Source: an uncultured Lachnospiraceae bacterium (GTDB lineage: Bacteria; Bacillota; Clostridia; Lachnospirales; Lachnospiraceae). Taken from it: DNA of 64,000 nt. The DNA lies in contig CAKRCW010000006.1 in the NCBI GenBank assembly GCA_934309145.1, positions 77,905 through 141,904 on the forward strand, in the 5' to 3' direction. The notes under the pieces were generated by a model, which saw only the letters and a list, made by a program, of their open reading frames with translations, did not search any database and was not told where the DNA came from. Below, piece by piece: positions 54,256 to 63,376 of the stretch (position 1 is its first letter; the number at the start of each line of letters is the position of its first letter). Made by a program: the position numbers and the translations under genes.

Positions 54256-55335
54256 ATGACAGATATAAATCATAGAGATACAACAAAGGTAATAGATATA
54301 GGTGGTGTCAGGATAGGTGGTGGAAACAGGATAGCCATACAGTCTATGACTAATACTGAGACCGCTGATGTGAAGACTACAGTAGAACAGATTTTAAGGC
54401 TTGAGGAAGCAGGCTGCGATATAATTCGCTCTACTGCCAACACACCTGAGGCTGCGTGTGCATTTGCAGATATAAAGAAGCAGATTCATATACCGATAGT
54501 TGCGGATATTCATTTTGATTACAGACTTGCCATTATGGCTATGGAGCATGGGGCAGATAAGATAAGAATCAATCCGGGAAACATAGGTGGAATAGAGAAT
54601 CTTAAGAAGGTTGTAGCTGTTGCAAAGGAGAGGAATATACCGATAAGAGTAGGCGTTAATTCCGGTTCTCTGGAGAAAAAATTAGTAGAAAAATATAACG
54701 GAGTGACAGCGGAGGGAATAGTAGAAAGTGCACTTGATAAGGTACACATGATAGAGGACTGTGGCTATGACAATATGGTTATAAGCATAAAGTCATCAGA
54801 TGTTATGATGTGTGTAAAGGCACATGAGTTAATCGCAAAACAGACAAACTATCCACTCCACGTTGGTATCACTGAGTCGGGAACATTGTACAGGGGAAAC
54901 ATCAAATCAGCTGTGGGACTTGGAATGATACTCGGACAGGGCATTGGAGATACAATAAGAGTGTCTCTTACAAGTGATCCTGTGGAAGAGATAATATCAG
55001 CTAAAACTATACTTAGAACACTTAAGCTCAGGAATGATGGGATAGAGCTTGTTTCATGCCCTACATGTGGACGAACAAAGATAGATCTGATATCGCTTGC
55101 AAATGATGTCGAGAAGATGATACAGGAATATGACCATCTGCATATTAAGGTAGCTGTAATGGGTTGTGCTGTAAATGGACCCGGTGAGGCAAAGGAGGCA
55201 GACCTTGGTGTGGCAGGCGGAGATGGTGAAGGCTTGCTGTTCAAGCATGGAGAGATAGTAAGAAAAATGCCACAGAATGAACTGCTTGGAGCTCTGCGTT
55301 ATGAGCTTGACAGGTGGGATGACGAGGTGAAATAA
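54256..55335 (+). CDS. ispG: 4-hydroxy-3-methylbut-2-enyl diphosphate synthase
   Basis: IQSMTNT, RINPGNIG and the cluster cysteines CPTCGR ... MGCAVNGPGE. Confidence 0.95.
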   Translation: MTDINHRDTTKVIDIGGVRIGGGNRIAIQSMTNTETADVKTTVEQILRLEEAGCDIIRSTANTPEAACAFADIKKQIHIPIVADIHFDYRLAIMAMEHGADKIRINPGNIGGIENLKKVVAVAKERNIPIRVGVNSGSLEKKLVEKYNGVTAEGIVESALDKVHMIEDCGYDNMVISIKSSDVMMCVKAHELIAKQTNYPLHVGITESGTLYRGNIKSAVGLGMILGQGIGDTIRVSLTSDPVEEIISAKTILRTLKLRNDGIELVSCPTCGRTKIDLISLANDVEKMIQEYDHLHIKVAVMGCAVNGPGEAKEADLGVAGGDGEGLLFKHGEIVRKMPQNELLGALRYELDRWDDEVK

Positions 55336-55336
55336 A

Positions 55337-58300
55337 TTGGCAGATAAATTATTCAGAGATGTATTTCCTGGATTAAAGCTTGATAAGAATCTGGATGAGC
55401 TGTTAGGTCAGACAGAGATACAGAAAATAACCATGTTCAAGGGAGAAAAGAAGATGGTTATTTCTATTTTGAGCAAAAATCTGATAGCTAAGGAGCTTAT
55501 TTTTGCCGCTGAGGAGCAGATGACGCAGTTTATATTTGGCGACAGCGGAGAAAAATGCATAATAGATGAACACTATGAGCTGTCGAAGCAGTATAATCTG
55601 ACACAGCTAAGTAATATATACAAGGATAGCTTTCTTGAGGAGATAAAGAGGATAAGCTATGTGGACTATCGAATCTTAAAAAGAGGAGAATGGTACTATC
55701 ATGATAATATAGTTACACTTGCCTTAGAAGATACGAGCCTTGCGAGAAGTCATTCAGACAAGATAAAGCAATATTTAGTTGAGACATATAGAGACAGATT
55801 TGGCATGGAGGTTTCCGTGGGCTTTGATTTTACGGAGGATCAGAAATCAAGTCTAAGGGCTGCTAATGAGCTTAGACTCAAGCAGGAATTGATGGCTATA
55901 GAACAGAAAAATAATGAGGCAAGTATGAGAAATCCGGAGGCAGGGGACAAGCCATCACAGGATTCCGCTGACAATGCTGAGAAGCCTGCAAAACAGTCAG
56001 CAGCCAAAGCAAATCAGGCTAATACAAAGCCGAAACAGGCAAAGATGGAGAAAGCTGATGCGTCAAAGTATCAGAAACCAAAGTCAAAGTCTGCATCCTA
56101 CGACGAGGATTTGCTGTATGGAAGAAATTGCGATGGAGATATAGTTGACATAAGTGAATTGTATGACGGTATAGGTCCTGTATGTATTCACGGTCAGATA
56201 CTTAACCTTGAGGATAGAGAGTTAAAGAGTGGTAAATTCATCATAAATGGAACTATAACTGACTTCACAGATACGATTACATTTAAGATATTTGTGCAGC
56301 CTGAGGACAGAGAACCAATATTAGATGAGTTAAAGACAGGAAGCTTTTACATAATAAAGGGTGTTCCTATGTATGATACATACGCAAGAGAGGTGTCTGT
56401 ATCATCTATAACAGGAATAAAGACAAGCAATGATTTCAGAGAAAAGCGTGTTGATACATCCATAGAAAAACGAGTTGAGCTTCATCTTCACACTGTTATG
56501 AGTGAGATGGACAGCGTTGTGGATATACATAAGGTTATAAAGCGTGCAAAGGACTGGGGACATAAGGCTTTAGCCATAACAGACCACGGCTGTGTACAGG
56601 CATTCCCTATAGCTAACCATGATGTGAAGCCCGATGAGGATTTCAAGATTCTGTATGGTGTTGAGGGATATTTTGTAGATGATTTAAAGGACCTTGTAAT
56701 AAATGACAAGGGACAGAGTATGGACTCAGAGTATGTAGTTTTTGATATAGAGACTACCGGTTTAAGTCCAAGATATAATAAGATAATAGAAATCGGTGCT
56801 GTTAAGATTAAGAATGGCAAGATACAGGATACATTTTCAGAGTTTATTAATCCGGAGGTTCCCATACCTTACACCATAACTAAGCTTACCTCCATAACTG
56901 ACCAGATGGTAATGGAAGCACCAACTATAGATGAGATACTGCCTAAGTTTATGGAGTATGTTGGAGATGCAATATTAGTTGCACACAATGCTTCATTTGA
57001 CACGGGCTTCATAAAGGAGTTTTGCAAGCAGCTTGATATTCCATTTGACAGCACAATTATGGACACTATGACACTTGCCCATGTGCTTATACCGGAGCTT
57101 GGAAAATACACCTTGGACAGACTGTGCAAGCAGTTTAATGTTTCACTTGAACACCACCATAGAGCATGTGATGATGCCGCTGCAACAGCAGAGATATTCC
57201 TTAAAATGCTCAAGATGGTACATGATAAGGGCGTTGATACAGTAAATGAGCTTAATAAGATGGGTTCGGCTTCGCCTGATATAATCAAGAAGGCAAAGAC
57301 ATATCACGGAATAATACTTGTTAAAAACGAAACAGGACGTGTCAATCTCTATAGATTGATATCAGAGTCACATATTAATTATTTCAACAGACGACCTCGT
57401 ATGCCTAAAAGCCTTATCAACAAATACAGAGAAGGACTTATCATAGGCTCTGCGTGTGAGGCGGGTGAGCTTTACAAGGCTGTTTTATATGGTGAGAGCG
57501 AGGATGAGATAACAAGACTTGCAAACTTCTATGATTATTTTGAGATACAGCCTGTCGGAAACAATATGTTTTTACTTGATGATGAGAAGGCCCCTGTTAA
57601 TTCTATAAAGGATTTACAGGATGTAAATAAACGCATCGTGGAGCTCGGAAGACAATTTAATAAGCCTGTCGTTGCAACCTGCGATGTGCATTTTCTTGAT
57701 CCTGAGGATGAGATATACAGAAGAATAATTATGGCTGGAAAGGGATTTGCAGATGCAGACAGACAGCCACCACTGTTTTTTAGAACGACAGAGGAGATGT
57801 TAGCTGAGTTTGAGTATCTTGGAAGTGATGTTGCCAAGGAGGTTGTAATAACCAATACAAACAAGATTGCTGACATGATAGAGAAGATATCCCCTGTAAG
57901 ACCGGATAAGCAGCCGCCTATAATTGAGAATTCCGATGAGATGCTTACAACCATATGCTATGATAAGGCACATGAAATATACGGACCTGACCTTCCTGAT
58001 ATCGTTGTAAAGAGACTTGAAAAGGAGCTTCATTCAATTATATCTAACGGATTTGCGGTTATGTATATTATTGCACAGAAGCTTGTGTGGCGTTCAAATG
58101 ATGACGGATATCTGGTTGGTTCAAGAGGTTCAGTAGGTTCATCGTTTGTTGCTACTATGGCAGGTATAACTGAGGTAAATCCTCTTCCTGCACATTATAT
58201 ATGTCCTAAATGCTACTATACAGATTTTGATTCGGATTTTGTCAAGCAGTACGAGGGACAGTCGGGATGTGATATGCCTGATATGGCATGTCCTAAGTGT

Positions 58301-59830
58301 GGCACTAATATGAAGAAGGAAGGACACGACATACCATTTGAGACCTTCCTTGGGTTTAATGGAGACAAGGAACCTGATATAGACCTTAACTTCTCGGGAG
58401 AATATCAGCCTAAGGCACATGCATATACCGAGGAGCTGTTCGGAAAGGGAAAAGCCTTCAGAGCCGGAACTATCGGTACTATGGCAGAGAAAACCGCCTT
58501 TGGATATGTATATAATTATTATAAGGATAAGGGTATTGAGAAGCGCCGTTGTGAGATGGAAAGGCTTGCACTCGGCTGTACAGGAGTAAAGAGAACTACG
58601 GGGCAGCATCCTGGTGGTATGATAGTTTTGCCTAAGCATGAGGAGATATATTCATTTACACCTATTCAAAAGCCTGCAAATGATATGAGCACTGATATTA
58701 TCACGACGCATTTTGAGTATCACTCCATTGACCACAACCTTCTTAAGCTTGATATACTAGGACACGACGATCCGACCATGATAAGGCGTCTTGAGGATTT
58801 GACCGGACTAGATGCAAAGACAATTCCTCTTGATGACAAGGATGTTATGGAGCTTTTTCATGGAACTGAAATACTTGGAATTAAGCCTGAGGATATAGGT
58901 GGAACAAGACTTGGAACTCTTGGAATACCAGAGTTTGGAACAGAATTTGCCATGCAGATGTTAATTGATACCAATCCGAAAGCATTTTCAGATCTTGCTA
59001 GAATTGCCGGACTGTCACATGGAACTGATGTATGGCTTGGCAATGCGCAGACGCTTATCGCTGAGGGTACATGTGAGCTGTCATCAGCTATATGTACAAG
59101 AGATGATATTATGACATATCTTATTTACAGAGGGCTTGAGCCGGGAACTGCATTTAAGATAATGGAGAATGTCCGTAAGGGTATGGTTGCCAAGGGTAAA
59201 TGTGACAAATGGCAGGAGTGGAAGGCAGAGATGATTGCACATGACGTTCCTGAGTGGTACATCTGGTCGTGTGAGAAGATTAAGTATATGTTCCCTAAGG
59301 CACACGCTGTTGCGTATGTTATGATGGCGTGGAGAATAGCGTATTATAAGATTAATTATCCGCTTGCATATTACACAGCCTTCTTCAGTATAAGGGCATC
59401 AGCATTTGACTATAAGCTTATGTGTCAGGGCAAGGATGCTTTAGAAACTAACATGGCAGAGCTTATGAAGATAGATAAAAATAAGCAGACTGCTACGGTT
59501 AAAGATACTCTTCGTGACATGAAGATTGTTCAGGAGATGTACGCGAGAGGCTTTGAATTTATGCCTATTGATTTATATAAGGCAGATGCGGAGCGATTCC
59601 AGATTATAGATGGAAAGATTATGCCAAGCTTTGGCTCGCTGCCAGGCATGGGTGCGAAGGCTGCACAGCAGCTGCAGGAGGCGGCTAAGCAGGGAACATT
59701 TACATCTAAGGAAGATATAAGAGTTCGTGGAAAAGTGTCTAAGACTATCCTTGATGATATGGAGGAGCTTGGACTTTTAAATGACCTGCCTGAGACTAAT
59801 CAATATGATTTTTTCAGTATGCTGAAATAA
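55337..59830 (+). CDS. polC: DNA polymerase III alpha subunit, PolC type
   Basis: 1497 aa. PHP domain (VELHLHTVMS), an inserted DEDD exonuclease (VVFDIETTGL ... HNASFD ... HRACDDA), a zinc-finger region (CPKC...CPKC) and the polymerase core. TTG start. Confidence 0.97.
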   Translation: MADKLFRDVFPGLKLDKNLDELLGQTEIQKITMFKGEKKMVISILSKNLIAKELIFAAEEQMTQFIFGDSGEKCIIDEHYELSKQYNLTQLSNIYKDSFLEEIKRISYVDYRILKRGEWYYHDNIVTLALEDTSLARSHSDKIKQYLVETYRDRFGMEVSVGFDFTEDQKSSLRAANELRLKQELMAIEQKNNEASMRNPEAGDKPSQDSADNAEKPAKQSAAKANQANTKPKQAKMEKADASKYQKPKSKSASYDEDLLYGRNCDGDIVDISELYDGIGPVCIHGQILNLEDRELKSGKFIINGTITDFTDTITFKIFVQPEDREPILDELKTGSFYIIKGVPMYDTYAREVSVSSITGIKTSNDFREKRVDTSIEKRVELHLHTVMSEMDSVVDIHKVIKRAKDWGHKALAITDHGCVQAFPIANHDVKPDEDFKILYGVEGYFVDDLKDLVINDKGQSMDSEYVVFDIETTGLSPRYNKIIEIGAVKIKNGKIQDTFSEFINPEVPIPYTITKLTSITDQMVMEAPTIDEILPKFMEYVGDAILVAHNASFDTGFIKEFCKQLDIPFDSTIMDTMTLAHVLIPELGKYTLDRLCKQFNVSLEHHHRACDDAAATAEIFLKMLKMVHDKGVDTVNELNKMGSASPDIIKKAKTYHGIILVKNETGRVNLYRLISESHINYFNRRPRMPKSLINKYREGLIIGSACEAGELYKAVLYGESEDEITRLANFYDYFEIQPVGNNMFLLDDEKAPVNSIKDLQDVNKRIVELGRQFNKPVVATCDVHFLDPEDEIYRRIIMAGKGFADADRQPPLFFRTTEEMLAEFEYLGSDVAKEVVITNTNKIADMIEKISPVRPDKQPPIIENSDEMLTTICYDKAHEIYGPDLPDIVVKRLEKELHSIISNGFAVMYIIAQKLVWRSNDDGYLVGSRGSVGSSFVATMAGITEVNPLPAHYICPKCYYTDFDSDFVKQYEGQSGCDMPDMACPKCGTNMKKEGHDIPFETFLGFNGDKEPDIDLNFSGEYQPKAHAYTEELFGKGKAFRAGTIGTMAEKTAFGYVYNYYKDKGIEKRRCEMERLALGCTGVKRTTGQHPGGMIVLPKHEEIYSFTPIQKPANDMSTDIITTHFEYHSIDHNLLKLDILGHDDPTMIRRLEDLTGLDAKTIPLDDKDVMELFHGTEILGIKPEDIGGTRLGTLGIPEFGTEFAMQMLIDTNPKAFSDLARIAGLSHGTDVWLGNAQTLIAEGTCELSSAICTRDDIMTYLIYRGLEPGTAFKIMENVRKGMVAKGKCDKWQEWKAEMIAHDVPEWYIWSCEKIKYMFPKAHAVAYVMMAWRIAYYKINYPLAYYTAFFSIRASAFDYKLMCQGKDALETNMAELMKIDKNKQTATVKDTLRDMKIVQEMYARGFEFMPIDLYKADAERFQIIDGKIMPSFGSLPGMGAKAAQQLQEAAKQGTFTSKEDIRVRGKVSKTILDDMEELGLLNDLPETNQYDFFSMLK

Positions 59831-59835
59831 AAAAG

Positions 59836-59864
59836 TTGCTATTTTGCTATAAATATATTAGAAT
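59836..59864 (+). promoter_or_regulatory. candidate promoter, TTGCTA-N17-TAGAAT
   Basis: TTGCTA at 59836-59841 and TAGAAT at 59859-59864, 30 nt upstream of ATG 59895. Confidence 0.4.
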
Positions 59865-59894
59865 GATACTATATGTTTTAAAGGACGTGAGAGA

Positions 59895-60152
59895 ATGAAT
59901 AATCAAAATACACAGGATATAGGCATTATCAGAGAAACGATGATTGAAGTGCCGGATATACTGGCACAGGTGTACGAGGCACTCTCTGAGAAGGGCTATA
60001 ATCCTGTAAGTCAGATAGTGGGATATGTTATGAGTGGAGATCCTACTTATATTACAAGCTACAAGAATGCAAGAAGTCTTATTATGAAGGCGGAGCGTGA
60101 TGAGATAATAGAGGTTCTTCTTGAGAATTATATTGAGACAAGACTTAAGTAA
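59895..60152 (+). CDS. IreB-family regulatory phosphoprotein (UPF0297, YrzL-like)
   Basis: 85 aa. VYEALSEKGYNPVSQIVGYVMSGDPTYITSYKNARSLI matches the family. The gene lies upstream of ruvX as in B. subtilis yrzL-yrrK. Confidence 0.8.
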   Translation: MNNQNTQDIGIIRETMIEVPDILAQVYEALSEKGYNPVSQIVGYVMSGDPTYITSYKNARSLIMKAERDEIIEVLLENYIETRLK

Positions 60153-60182
60153 TATAGGATATGGAATTGTGGGAGAATAATA

Positions 60183-60611
60183 TTGAGAACGCTTGGATTA
60201 GATTATGGAACAAAGACTGTCGGAGTTGCCATAAGTGATGAGGCACAGATTATAGCACAGCCACTTGTGACTATAGAGAGAAAACATGCCAATAAGCTTA
60301 GACAGACATATGCTAAGATAGAGGCAATAATAGATGAGCAGAGTGTTGATAGGATAGTACTTGGATTTCCTAAGAACATGAACAATACAGAGGGAGAACG
60401 TGCAGAGGCTACCAGAGCATTTATGGATGATCTGGAGCGTCGTACGGGACTTCCTGTTATTTTGATGGACGAAAGACTGACAACCGTTGAGGCAGACCGT
60501 ATATTAGAGGAGACTGGAGTTGCAAAAAGCGGCAGAAAAGAACATATTGATAAGATGGCAGCAGCTATTATTTTGCAGAGCTTTCTTGACAGAGAGCATA
60601 ACGAAAACTAA
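60183..60611 (+). CDS. ruvX: Holliday junction resolvase-like nuclease RuvX (YqgF)
   Basis: The N-terminus RTLGLDYGTKTVGVAISD, then VLGFPKNMNNTEG and DERLTT. Confidence 0.9.
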   Translation: MRTLGLDYGTKTVGVAISDEAQIIAQPLVTIERKHANKLRQTYAKIEAIIDEQSVDRIVLGFPKNMNNTEGERAEATRAFMDDLERRTGLPVILMDERLTTVEADRILEETGVAKSGRKEHIDKMAAAIILQSFLDREHNEN

Positions 60612-60652
60612 AGGATTTAAATGATATATCTGTACATGGATATTTGCTACAG

Positions 60653-60952
60653 ATGGAGGATATAATTGTGGAAGAACAAAACAAGAATGTAAAACCGAAT
60701 AAGATTGTATTTGAGTCGGAAGACGGCAACGAGGAATTTTATGTGCTGGAGCAGACTATGCTCGGTGGCGTAAATTATATATTAGTAACTGATGATGTGG
60801 ATAGTGAGGAAGGAGACTTTCTTGTACTTAAGGAAGAAAAAGATAGTGAAGATGGTTTCGTTTCTTATGAAATCCCGGAGGATGATAATGAACTTAGGTC
60901 TGTAATTGCGATATTTAACGAATTACTGGACGATTTTGATTTGGAGGTATAG
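60653..60952 (+). CDS. DUF1292-family protein (YrzB-like)
   Basis: A small acidic protein (...EDGNEEFYVLEQTMLGGVNYILV...) in the yrzB position. The start is uncertain: ATG 60653, or GTG 60668 behind GGAGGA. Confidence 0.75.
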   Translation: MEDIIVEEQNKNVKPNKIVFESEDGNEEFYVLEQTMLGGVNYILVTDDVDSEEGDFLVLKEEKDSEDGFVSYEIPEDDNELRSVIAIFNELLDDFDLEV

Positions 60953-60954
60953 TT

Positions 60955-62619
60955 TTGAAGGACAATAACAATAAGCCGGTGAAGATCATTCCATTGGGCG
61001 GACTGGAACAGATTGGAATGAATATCACTGCAATAGAGTATGAGGACAGTATCATAGTCATAGACTGTGGACTTGCATTTCCTGAGGATGAAATGCTTGG
61101 TATAGATTTGGTTATACCGGATGTTACATACCTTAAGGAGAATGCGGACAAGGTTAAAGGTCTTGTAGTTACTCATGGACATGAGGATCATATAGGTGCA
61201 ATCCCATACGTTGAGAATGAGATTAATATGCCTATTTATGCGACAAAGCTTACTATGGGACTGATAGAGCATAAGCTTGCTGAGCATAACAACCTTAACA
61301 ATGTCAGAAGAAAAGTAGTTAAGCATGGTCAGATAATCAATCTTGGCTGCTTCAGAATAGAATTTATAAGAACTAATCACTCAATAGTAGATGCCGCTGC
61401 ACTTGCTATTTATACACCTGCCGGAATTATTGTCCATACAGGAGATTTTAAGGTAGATTACACACCTGTATTTGGTGAGATGATAGATTTGCCTAGATTT
61501 GGAGAGTTGGGTAAGAAGGGTGTTCTTGCACTTATGGCCGATTCAACTAATGTTGAGAGACCAGGATACACACAGTCTGAGAAAACTGTTGGCAAGACCT
61601 TCGATAATCTGTTTGCAGATAATAGAGACCACAGAATAATAATTGCTACATTTGCATCTAATGTAGACCGTGTACAGCAGATTATTAATTCAGCATATAA
61701 GTATGGGCGTAAGGTTGTGGTTGAGGGACGAAGCATGGTTAATATCATACAGACTGCTTCAGAGCTTGGATATATTAACATACCTGACAACACACTTATA
61801 GAGATTGAGAGAATTAAGAATTATCCTGATGAACAGCTTGTGCTTATCACAACAGGAAGTCAGGGTGAGAATATGGCTGCACTTTCAAGAATTGCAGCAA
61901 GTATACATAATAAGATAACAATTAAGCCGGGAGATGTTGTAATATTCTCATCTAACCCTATACCTGGTAATGAGAAGGCTGTATTTAATGTTATAAATGA
62001 GCTTGAAATGAAGGGTGCTCATGTTATATTCCAGAACACTCACGTTTCAGGTCACGCATGTCAGGAGGAGCTTAAGCTTATGTATGCACTTACTAAGCCT
62101 AAGTATGCAATACCTGTACATGGTGAGTACAGGCATCTTAAGAGACATGCGGAGCTTGCCTGTGAGATGGGAGTGCCTAAGGAGAATGTCAGGATTTTAT
62201 CTACAGGTGATGTGCTTGAGATATCGGATGATACATTTAAGGTGACAGGCAGAGTACCGGCACAGGGCGTACTTGTAGACGGACTTGGAGTTGGAGATGT
62301 CGGTAATATAGTTCTTAGAGACAGACAGCATTTGTCGCAGAATGGACTCATTATAGTGGTTGTAACATTGGAGAAGGACAGCAATCAGCTTATCGCTGGT
62401 CCTGATATAGTATCTCGAGGGTTTGTATATGTAAGAGAGTCAGAGACACTTATGGAGGATTGTAGAGCAGTTGTTCAGGAGGCACTCGATAATTGCTTAT
62501 ACAAGAATGTAACCGATTGGGGCAAGATTAAGAACAGCATCAAAGATTCACTTGGTGAATTTTTGTGGAAGAGAACTAAGAGAAGTCCTATGATTTTGCC
62601 TATTATTACAGAGGTATAA
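60955..62619 (+). CDS. rnj: ribonuclease J
   Basis: 554 aa. Metallo-beta-lactamase HGHEDHIG, a beta-CASP region, and the N-terminus IIPLGGLEQIGMN. TTG start behind GGAGG. Confidence 0.93.
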   Translation: MKDNNNKPVKIIPLGGLEQIGMNITAIEYEDSIIVIDCGLAFPEDEMLGIDLVIPDVTYLKENADKVKGLVVTHGHEDHIGAIPYVENEINMPIYATKLTMGLIEHKLAEHNNLNNVRRKVVKHGQIINLGCFRIEFIRTNHSIVDAAALAIYTPAGIIVHTGDFKVDYTPVFGEMIDLPRFGELGKKGVLALMADSTNVERPGYTQSEKTVGKTFDNLFADNRDHRIIIATFASNVDRVQQIINSAYKYGRKVVVEGRSMVNIIQTASELGYINIPDNTLIEIERIKNYPDEQLVLITTGSQGENMAALSRIAASIHNKITIKPGDVVIFSSNPIPGNEKAVFNVINELEMKGAHVIFQNTHVSGHACQEELKLMYALTKPKYAIPVHGEYRHLKRHAELACEMGVPKENVRILSTGDVLEISDDTFKVTGRVPAQGVLVDGLGVGDVGNIVLRDRQHLSQNGLIIVVVTLEKDSNQLIAGPDIVSRGFVYVRESETLMEDCRAVVQEALDNCLYKNVTDWGKIKNSIKDSLGEFLWKRTKRSPMILPIITEV

Positions 62620-62621
62620 CT

Positions 62622-62954
62622 ATGATAGAAGTAATCAATGAAAGCAAACGACTTAATCAGAGAATAAAAGAAACTGAAGAATATAAAAATTACCTGAATA
62701 CAAAACGGGCATTATGTGATAATATAGACTTGTGTAATCGCCTGAAAGAGTTCCGTGCCAGAAATTATGAATTGCAGAACAGGCAGGGAGTTAATCCTTT
62801 TGATGAGGTAAATGACCTTGTAAGGGAATATGATGAGGTTTTACAAAATTCAGTTGTGAGTGAGTTCTTAAGAGCTGAACAGAAGATATGTAAGATGATG
62901 CAGCGCGTTTACAATTCAATTTCGGAAGGATTGGAGTTTGATTATCTAAAATGA
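62622..62954 (+). CDS. YlbF/YmcA-like helical protein
   Basis: 110 aa, all-helical. RIKETEEYKNYLNTKRAL....LKEFRARNYELQ resembles the YlbF/YmcA (UPF0342) pattern. The assignment is tentative. The gene starts 2 nt after the rnj stop. Confidence 0.55.
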   Translation: MIEVINESKRLNQRIKETEEYKNYLNTKRALCDNIDLCNRLKEFRARNYELQNRQGVNPFDEVNDLVREYDEVLQNSVVSEFLRAEQKICKMMQRVYNSISEGLEFDYLK

Positions 62955-63373
62955 GTAATACTAAGAAGAAAAAGAGAAAAAATGCAGATGAAGTTGCAAG
63001 AAAAACTTTAAAGCGTTCTTCGAGATTTGCTTTTGGCTTACTGATTAACGTAATTATTGTATTTCTTGCAGTAAAAATATTCTCAGGAGCGTTTAATTTT
63101 GCGTATGGAGTGTTCGGAAGTGTAGCACTTAATCCTATGGATAAGGAGTATAAGCTTATAGAGATTACGGCAGATACATCCATTCTTGACATAGGAGATG
63201 CATTAGAAAAGGGTGCGATTATTGAGAATAAATATGTCTTTTATTTTAAGGTTAAGGTTAAGGGCTATGGAGATAAGATAGTAGCCGGCAAATACGGTTT
63301 GTCTCCATCTATGACATATGATGATATACTTACGACCATTTGCCATATAGGGGAAGATGAAGAGGAGGAATAG
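62951..63373 (+). CDS. MltG/YceG N-terminal-like membrane protein (no catalytic domain)
   Basis: 140 aa with a basic N-terminus, a TM segment, and a domain resembling the YceG N-terminal module (IEITADTSILDIGDALEKGAIIENKYVFYF...AGKYGLSPSMTYDDIL). The ORF stops before any lytic transglycosylase domain. It occupies the yrrL position. Confidence 0.5.
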   Translation: MSNTKKKKRKNADEVARKTLKRSSRFAFGLLINVIIVFLAVKIFSGAFNFAYGVFGSVALNPMDKEYKLIEITADTSILDIGDALEKGAIIENKYVFYFKVKVKGYGDKIVAGKYGLSPSMTYDDILTTICHIGEDEEEE

Positions 63374-63376
63374 GGC

